DNA from: Octopus sinensis | Taxonomy: Eukaryota | DNA length: 30,356 nt | Assembly (NCBI RefSeq): GCF_006345805.1 | Contig: NW_021832456.1 | Span: 1 to 30,356, forward strand | Direction of reading: 5' to 3' | Part shown: one piece after another, positions 22,662-30,356 of the stretch | Numbering within the stretch: position 1 is the stretch's first letter | Layout of the letters: each line of letters opens with the position of its first letter | Made by a program: the position numbers and the translations under genes | The notes under the pieces: generated by a model | The model's database searches: none | Told to the model about the DNA's origin: nothing | The model's input: the letters and a program-made list of their open reading frames with translations, nothing else

Positions 22662-22935
22662 GGTGAAGGCGTGTGGTTTAATGGTTAGGGTATTCGACTT
22701 ATGATCGTTAGATCGTGAGTTCGATTCCCGGCGGAGCCTTGTGTCCTAGAGTAAGATGCTGTATTTCAAGTTGCTTAAGTCTACTCAGCTGGCAAAAATG
22801 AATAACACCTGTACTTCAAAGGGCCAGTCTTGTATCACGCTGAAACTCCATGAGAACTGCATTAAAGGAACACGTGCCTGTGGAGTGCTCAGCCACTTGC
22901 ATGTTAATTTCACGGGCAGGCTGTTTCACGGGCAG
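22662..22935 (+). mobile_element. tRNA-derived SINE with family C-type head and a different 3' body
   Basis: TGGTTTAATGG A-box, GAGTTCGATTCC B-box, core ..ACTCAGCTGGCAAAAATGA shared with 20834-21360. Confidence 0.8.
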
Positions 22936-22944
22936 CCGCCCATG

Positions 22945-23166
22945 CATGCAAGCCTCTCCTCTCTCTTCATTTCCAAGGGAAAGGCAAAGACTGATACAGC
23001 TTGGCACCAATGACGTCACAACTCATTTCTAGATAAGAGTGAGCTGGAGCAAGGTGTAATTAAAGTATCTTGCTCAAGAACACAACGCACAGCCCAGTCT
23101 GGGAATCGAAGTCACTACTCTATGTTGTGAGCCCGACATTCTAACCACTGTGCCATGCGCTTTTAC
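22945..23166 (-). mobile_element. tRNA-derived SINE family C fragment
   Basis: Homologous to 8800-9006; head TGGCACAGTGGTTAG..TTCGATTCCC on the minus strand. Confidence 0.8.
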
Positions 23167-23650
23167 ACATTTTATCTTATTTTTCTTATATTTTTGCAAA
23201 TTCGATCCTTTGATGCATTACAGCAATTGGTGGTTAATGGGTGTTTTTGAAGGGACATGATTCCTTTTAAACACTGTTTTAACCCTTTGAACGCATAAAG
23301 CTGATATATCCACTCAAAGTTTTATAATTACTAACTGAGAAGGCGTTTTTACACCAGGGCTTGGACAAGAAGGGAGACACCCCTAGGGGCACATTTTAAA
23401 AAGACATTTTTTCAGATTTAAAAAATGATTTCACATATTTCATCAAATCAAATACTTTTAATAATGAACATGAAAACCTTACCCACAAGAGATACTGAAA
23501 AAGTACCGCAGAAGCAGAAGATTTCACTTCAATTTTTGTTGGACAATTAACATCATTACGCTGATGACTATGAAATTTAACTACGCAGAAAATGGGTTAA
23601 TTGATGCTAAACCTTTACTTTCCCATTTTCATTTAGGTAGAAGCACTCAT

Positions 23651-23931
23651 GGGGAGGCGCAATGGCCCAATGGTTAGGGCAGCGGACTCGTGGTCGGAGG
23701 ATCGCAAGCGAAAACACCTAAAGCTCCACGAGGCTCCGGCAGGGGGTGGTGGCGACCCCTATTGTACTCTTTCGCCCCAACTTCCTCTCACTCTTTCTTT
23801 CTGTTTCTTGAGTAACGCTGCGATGGACTGGCGTCCCGTCCGTCCAGCTGGGGAAAACATATACACCATAGAAACCGAGAAACCGGGCCCACGAGCCTGG
23901 TTAGGCTTGAAAAGGGCGCATAAATAAATAA
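23651..23931 (+). mobile_element. SINE with tRNA-like head, distinct body and the same 3' tail as 20834-21360
   Basis: TSD AGAAGCACTCAT at 23639-23650 and 23932-23943; tail GCGATGGACTGGCGTCC..GAAACCGGGCCCA.GAGCCTGG.TAGGCTT.AAAAGGGCGCAT followed by (AAAT)n. Confidence 0.9.
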
Positions 23932-24247
23932 AGAAGCACTCATTATAATTGGTGTTGTAGAAAAAATTTATAGTGGTGGTTAATAGTTGTCGTGTTTAAA
24001 CCTCAATAGCTCTTATGATACCTAACGTGTAATCGAATACTCGATATGCTAGTATGAGTTCTAGCACAACACACAATGCAAATAAACTGATTTATTACAT
24101 GAAGAGAGTGCTGTAGATCATTTTATTGTTTATCTGGATCCTATACCCCCTTGTAATACGTTCTTTATTACTAGTTTCGTCATAGGGTACATTTTCATCT
24201 ATCTCTAGGTACATACACCATTTCTTGTCATTCATATACCTGATATA

Positions 24248-24667
24248 TATATTTCTTTACTACCCACAAGGGGCTAAACACAGAAGACAAACAAGGACAG
24301 ACATAGGTATTAAGTCGATTATATCGACCCCAGTGCGTAACTGGTACTTAATTTATCGACCCCGAAAGGATAAAAGGCAAAGTCGACCTCGGCGGAATTT
24401 GAACTCGGAACGTAACGGCAGACGAAATACCTGTTACTTTACTACCCACAAGGGGCTAAACACAGAGAGGACAAACAAGGACAGAGAAACGGATTAAGTC
24501 GATTATATCGACCCCAGTGCGTAACTGGTACTTAATTTATCGACCCCGAAAGGATAAAAGGCAAAGTCGACCTCGGCGGAATTTGAACTCAGAACGTAAT
24601 GGCAGACGAACTACGGCTACGCATTTCGCCCGGCGTGCTAACGTTTCTGCCAGCTCGCCGCTTTCTC
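24248..24667 (-). mobile_element. SINE family B: full monomer followed by a head-less second monomer
   Basis: TSD TACCTGATATA at 24237-24247 and 24668-24678; internal junction ATACC at 24427-24431. Confidence 0.92.
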
Positions 24668-25058
24668 TACCTGATATACAGAGATGTCATTAGACGGGAT
24701 TGTAGCTTACCCGCATTCTTCTTTTTCTTTCGCTGCTTTCGCAGATTCCCGTGATTCTCTCTCGTATTCATCGAATTCCATTATTATGAATTTGTATTAG
24801 GAGCTTGAATCATTGTGAATCTTTCCTTAGCTGATTACACAACCATGGATGCTACCCCTATGAATGCGTTGCAGTTACTCTCTTGATAGAGCATCGGGAC
24901 CCTAACCGTTGATCTTCTAGGATTCCTCAGTTCAGCATCAGTGTAAGAAACACCATTGGCTCAGTTGAGCTCTTTCGCTGCCTCTTCACCGTCTGCCATG
25001 CTGCAGTCCCATGACCTCGCCGTATCCCTTGCAGGGCGGCTGAACGGGTATTATACCT

Positions 25059-25288
25059 ATTTCTTTATTACCCACAAGGGGCTAAACATAGAGGGGACAA
25101 ACAAGGACAGACATAAGTATTAAGTCGATTACATCGACCCTAGTGCGTAACTTGTACTTATTTAATCGACCCCGAAAGGATGAAAGGCAAAATCGACCTC
25201 GGCGGAATTTGAACTCAAAACGTAGCGGCAGACGAAATACTGCTAAGCATTTCGTCCGGCGTGCTAACGATTCTGCCAGCTCGCCACC
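25059..25288 (-). mobile_element. Full-length SINE family B
   Basis: 19-bp TSD CTGAACGGGTATTATACCT at 25040-25058 and 25289-25307. Confidence 0.95.
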
Positions 25289-25892
25289 CTGAACGGGTAT
25301 TATACCTTGCTCATGACTATGCAGGGTACGGTTGTCACACCGTGAGATATTTTCAAAATACCCGCGTACACATTCCCGCCTTCTACAATCAGGAAAGAAC
25401 ATCTATTTTGGTCAGACATCATCGAATATGATTTGAAGATGTCACAGAAAGATCAAAGTTCTTCACAAAGTTCCATTCTTTATACCTTAATCTTTCAGGT
25501 CGTATAGAAAATAGTTATATCTCATTTACGATGTTTCTGTCTTCCTTTAAGCTAGTAGCAGGCTTAATACAAGTATAGGAAGCTTCACACAGAGAAGCTC
25601 TCCTTGAAATTTAATCCTACGACTCAACGTAATATCATTTACAAAGCAATCAATCACGTCTCCACAGTGTCTTGTAATTCAACCATGCTGTGACAAACTT
25701 CCTCCACTCCCGCAGTATCTCACATATCACACTTTTGTGCGATATTGCTGTGATGATATTGTTTTCATGTCAGTCTGTTTGTTTGTCGCTATGCATGTGT
25801 CTATGTATGGTATGTATGTATGTATATCTACAAATTATATCTTGCAAAGAGGATCACACTGACGATCTACAGATATATTGTGTAAGTAAAAT

Positions 25893-26151
25893 TACGTTCT
25901 TTATTACTAGTTTCGTCATAGGGTACATCTTCATCTATCTCTAGTTACATACACCATTTCTTGTCATTCATATACCTCATATATATATTTCTTTGCTACC
26001 CACAATGGGCTAAACACAGAGAGGACAAACAAGGACAGACAAAAGGATTAAGTCGATTATATCGACCCCAGTGCGTAACTGGTACTTAATTTATCGACTC
26101 CGAAAGGATGGAAGGCAAAGTCGACCTCGGCGGAATTTGAACTCAGAACGT
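25893..26151 (-). mobile_element. 5'-truncated SINE family B plus ~90 bp of flank duplicated from 24157-24250
   Basis: TACGTTCTTTATTACTAGTTTCGTCATAGGGTACAT...CATTCATATACCT.ATATATATATTTCTTT is near identical at 24157 and 25893. Confidence 0.9.
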
Positions 26152-26397
26152 GTGTTGGCATCACAATTGTTTGTGATTAATCTATATTTTTGTTATTTTT
26201 CATTTGTCTTGCTGGCTTACGTTTCTGGTGTGCTAAATTTTCTGGAGAACAATTCTTAGTGGTTGAGACCGTAGCGGATCTTCTTCTAGCATAAGGGTTT
26301 CCACATAGTGGTTAAAAAATTCCCTCTTGTATGTATGTATGTATGTATGTATGTATGTATGTATGTATGTATGTATGTATGTATGCATGTATGTATG

Positions 26398-26431
<34 letters not shown>

Positions 26432-26442
26432 TGTATGTATGT

Positions 26443-26553
26443 ACTCTTCCTTTTAAATTATTTGAATTCTTGCTCTGAAAAAGAGGCTGGTTTCTAACAA
26501 AGATACAAATCGCCATCGCTGGAATGTAGACAACAGAAACAACGTCACATTTT
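26443..26553 (-). mobile_element. Decayed copy of a (TATG)n-associated repeat
   Basis: TTCTTGC..AAAGAG..GGTTTCTAAC..AGAT.CAA..TGGAAT aligns to 28023-28130. Confidence 0.55.
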
Positions 26554-26821
26554 AAACTTGAGAAAAATCTTGCATATCTTTACTGTCACCCTTACAGACT
26601 GTATTTGTGACGTGCGAAGTAGTTGGTTGATTATTTTCCCGTGAACCTTAGCGTACCCAGATTGTTACTTATACATTTACTCACAAAACCAAATGTACCA
26701 TTATTATTGGTATAAATGTGAATTTGTAATACGGATATAGAAACTGGCGGTTTCGAAGCTGTTATCCATAGTTATCCTCTTCTATGGTAACATGTAATCC
26801 AGTGAATTCTGCTATACAATA

Positions 26822-27012
26822 CCTATTTCTTTATTACCCACAAGGGGCTAAACATAGAGGGGCTAAACAAGGCCAGACTTACGTATTAATTCGATTACAT
26901 CGACCTCGAAAGGATGAAAGGCAAAGTCGACCTCGGCGGAATTTGAACTCAGAACATAGCGGCAGACGAAATACTGCTAAGCATTTCGTCCGGCGTGCTA
27001 ACGATTCTGCCA
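26822..27012 (-). mobile_element. SINE family B, slightly 5'-truncated with an internal deletion
   Basis: TSD GCTATACAATA at 26811-26821 and 27013-27023. Confidence 0.9.
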
Positions 27013-27180
27013 GCTATACAATATCGTCGTCAGTAATTCAACCGGCAATACCACTAAGCTTGCTTAGTGAGGAGGGTGATTAGACATTCTGCTTGATGAA
27101 AAACAAAACCCGTCAAAGGACGGATGAACTCATTAAAGTCAATAGCAATCCTATACTGTGTGCACGAGGTTGGTCCGACT

Positions 27181-27607
27181 ATTTCTTATTTATCTCTTTA
27201 TTGCCCACAAGGGGCTAAACGTAGAGGGGACAAACAAGGACAGAGAAAGGGATTAAGTCGATTACATCGACCCCAGTGCGTAACTGGTACTTTATGTATC
27301 GATCCCGAAAGGATGAAAGGCAAAGTTGACTTAGCGGAATTTGAACTCACAACGTAACGGCAGACGCAATACCTATTTCTTTACTACCCACAAGGGGCTA
27401 AACACAGAGGGGACAAACAAGGACAGACAAACGGAATGAGTCGATTACATCGACCCCAGTGCGTAACTGGTACTTATTTAATCGACCCCGAAAGGATGAA
27501 AGGCAAAGTCGACCTCGGCGGAATTTGACGCAATACCATTAAGCATTTCGCCCGGCGTGCTAACCTTTCTGCCAGCTCCCCACCTTTTTCTGCTAGGTCA
27601 CCACCTT
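27181..27607 (-). mobile_element. SINE family B: monomer plus head-less monomer, preceded by an extra decayed head fragment
   Basis: Junction ATACC at 27369-27373 lies at the same internal position as in 24248-24667; there is a ~20-bp deletion near 27528 and a second head-like stretch at 27586-27607. Confidence 0.88.
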
Positions 27608-28022
27608 GGACAGCGGTGGGTCCTGCAGCAATCATCAACAAACTGGAACCTTTGGTGTAGAAAACAGTGACTGCACAGAAGAACGACACCTTTTCAACAA
27701 GGAGCAGGCATGAGAGTTCCAGCTGGCAGCGAGCAATGAAAATGAAAATGTAGCCCCCGGGAATGCGTAACACCGAGTTCTTGTTAGGACATCACACCAG
27801 GAGAAGGAAAACTCTCATGTAAAACATGCGTCTCAATGGCAGCCGATGATGATCACTAGTTCTTTTGGGGGTAACTGTGGTCCTTGTTAAGAGAGCGTAA
27901 TTGGTTGTGAGTAATGCCTCTCCTCACTTTAAAAGGCACCATGCACCGGCATTGCTTGACGGTCCGGCATCATCATATATTCGAGAACGAGGAAGCTACC
28001 ATTATGTATGTATGTATGTATG

Positions 28023-28130
28023 TCATTGTTCAGTTTTATTTCAAGATTTCTTGCCGATAGAGAAAGAGCCGGTTTCTAACCTAGATCCAAGGCTCCTTCA
28101 TTGGAATTTCAACATCAACAGCAGGGTATT
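28023..28130 (-). mobile_element. Probable 3' end of a non-LTR retroelement embedded in (TATG)n
   Basis: Minus strand ..GGTTAGAAACCGGCTC..GAAATAAAACTGAACAATGA then (CATA)n; related sequence at 26443-26553 and 21911-21958. Confidence 0.55.
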
Positions 28131-28149
28131 TTTGTTTGTTTGTACGTAA

Positions 28150-28680
28150 GATATGTATGTATAAATGCAAAAAGTATGTGTGTATGTATGCATGCATGCA
28201 TGCACGCAAGCATGTATGTATGTATGCATGCATGCATGCATACATGTATGTATGTATGTATGTATGTATGCATGCCTGTATGTATGTATGGATGTATTAT
28301 GTATGTATGTATGTATGTATGTATGTTTGTATGTATGTATGGATGTATGGATGTATGTATGTATGTTTGTATGTATGTATGTATGTAGTATGTATGTTTG
28401 TATGTATGTCTGTGTGTATGTATGTATGTATGTATGTATGTTTGTATGTATGTATGTATGTTTGTATGTGTGTATGTATGTATGTTTGTATGTATGTTTG
28501 TATGTATGTTTGTATGTATGTATGTATGTTTGTATGTGTGTATGTATGTATGTTTGTATGTATGTATGTTTTTATGTATGTATGTATGTTTGTATGTGTG
28601 TATGTATGTATGTTTGTATGTATGTTTGTATGTATGTATGTATGTATGTATGTATGTGTGTATGTATGTATGTATGTATG

Positions 28681-28711
<31 letters not shown>

Positions 28712-28730
28712 GTATGTATGGATGTGTGTA
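28150..28730. repeat. Long degenerate (TATG)n array with TTTG/TGTG/CATG variants
   Basis: Direct reading. Confidence 0.97.
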
Positions 28731-29436
28731 TGTTTTCTGTTTACTTTAGAGGAAATTTTGACCGGCCATCAACATGGTAGCATAATACTGAAGAAAAGCA
28801 TATTGTTTCATCAACCTTTAAATCTTAAGGTCTTGTAGAATTTTATATGTATGTATGTATGTATGTATGTATACACGCACACCTGTATGAATGTATGTAT
28901 GTATTTGCGAGTGTGCGTGCATGTATATATGTTTGTTTGTATGCGTGTATGTATTTGTATATGTGTCTATGTAGGCGCGTACGTGAGGGTACATTGTGGA
29001 CTGTCCTGTCGCGAAGGACGGATAAAAGTTTCGCAACATCTCTACTGAACAATCTGCACAGATGATTTATGGCGATCAAATGTTTGCTCGACACGGAATC
29101 TCTCTCACTCCATCAAATTGACATTGTTTATACAGATGCACGGTGCGTTACACGTCAGTGCAGCCTAACCACTGGGCCAACAAGCATCTTTATATATATA
29201 TATATATATATGCAATACATGCAGATATATGTTTATAAAACAAATGGAATGATTTATTAGAATTTTTTGACTTCGTCGATTCGCAGCGTCATGGCGTAGT
29301 CTTTATCAACGCTTTAGGTTACAAGACGAGGTCACAATCTTCCTGTATTTCTCTCCAATAAAATATTTGGGTTCTATGTTTGTACAGGATTTCCACTTTC
29401 CTGTGGACGTGACTGGCTGCTTTTAATCTTCTTTAA

Positions 29437-29596
29437 TATGTATATATATATATATATTATTATATATATATATATATATATACAGACACACACGCACATC
29501 ACACAACATATACATATATGCATATATATAATATATAACACACACACAACACACACACACACATATATATAATATATACACCTGATGGTGATATAT

Positions 29597-29655
<59 letters not shown>

Positions 29656-29748
29656 ATATATGCATACACACACCCACACACACATATATATATATAATAA
29701 TATATATATGTATATATTCTATATATATATACATATATATATGTGTAT

Positions 29749-29819
<71 letters not shown>

Positions 29820-29820
29820 G

Positions 29821-29862
<42 letters not shown>

Positions 29863-29970
29863 ACATATATATATATATACATATATATGTGTGTATATAT
29901 ACATATATAATATATATTATATATATATATATATATACATAAATTTATAATGTGTGTGTGTATGTATGTT
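29437..29970. repeat. (TA)n/(CA)n microsatellite field
   Basis: Direct reading. Confidence 0.97.
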
Positions 29971-30356
29971 GTTAAGTTAGATGTCAATGAACTTTTTGCA
30001 GATGAATGCGTTTAATGAATGGAGTAGAGTAAAATTTATTTTACGTATAGCGGTTTACGGTCTCACCGGATTACTCACACGAAGATCAAATATAAAGTTT
30101 GTAGACATTTATATAAACATTTTTCCATAGAGTGTTTGGAGATAGATGCGATTTACCTATGTGACAAGACATTAATAAATTTGCTTTACTTTCATATATT
30201 GGTGCTGAATTACATTTTAATTTATGAAGATGAAAACGGCTTCGTTTTCAAACAAAGGGAGGAAGAAGGGAAAGAAAAAATGATGTATTGTAAATATATG
30301 AAGGTGAGGAATCAGTTGTGAAATTTAGAAGTCATAAAAGTTTGGAGTCTGTTGGG

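Noticed and set aside
23555-23590. CTGATGA CTAT GAAA hammerhead-like match
   Set aside because: No stem I or stem II pairing.
23283-23596. Second piggyBac-type MITE (TTAA-CCC...GGG-TTAA)
   Set aside because: Putative TIRs match at only about 9 of 15 positions; could be chance.
24680-25040. Coding-like minus-strand stretch (MEFDEYERESRESAKAAKEKEEC followed by GTAAG; VSYTDA..)
   Set aside because: Frames are short and broken by stops, with no clear acceptor or recognisable family; possibly a decayed retroelement ORF1 but unsupported.
27740-27830. AGGAGAAGGAAAACTC motif recalling RTE-type 5' UTRs
   Set aside because: A single short motif with no boundaries or second copy in the window.

Overview
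AT-rich, repeat-saturated animal DNA, intergenic or intronic, with no intact protein-coding gene I can recognise. The supplied ORFs are almost all translations of microsatellites or SINEs. The microsatellite load ((TA)n, (TATG)n, (GATA)n, (CA)n) and the tRNA-derived SINE families resemble an octopod cephalopod genome; this is my inference from recall, not a search result. Contents: about 18 SINE copies or fragments from several families (labelled A, B, C here for convenience), a decayed Penelope-like RT/GIY-YIG ORF, a decayed Helitron helicase end, an intact non-autonomous Helitron, a piggyBac-type MITE, an RTE-derived non-autonomous element, a 20-bp minisatellite and a ~110/221-bp higher-order repeat. 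The most notable signal is a canonical type I hammerhead ribozyme at 1468-1564, with a long stem II insertion and a possible pseudoknot, inside a ~450-bp hairpin-rich element embedded in (TA)n. Four further hammerhead-like motifs, a ~380-nt imperfect fold-back and several transposition or repair footprints are also present. All coordinates were counted by eye and may be off by a few bases.
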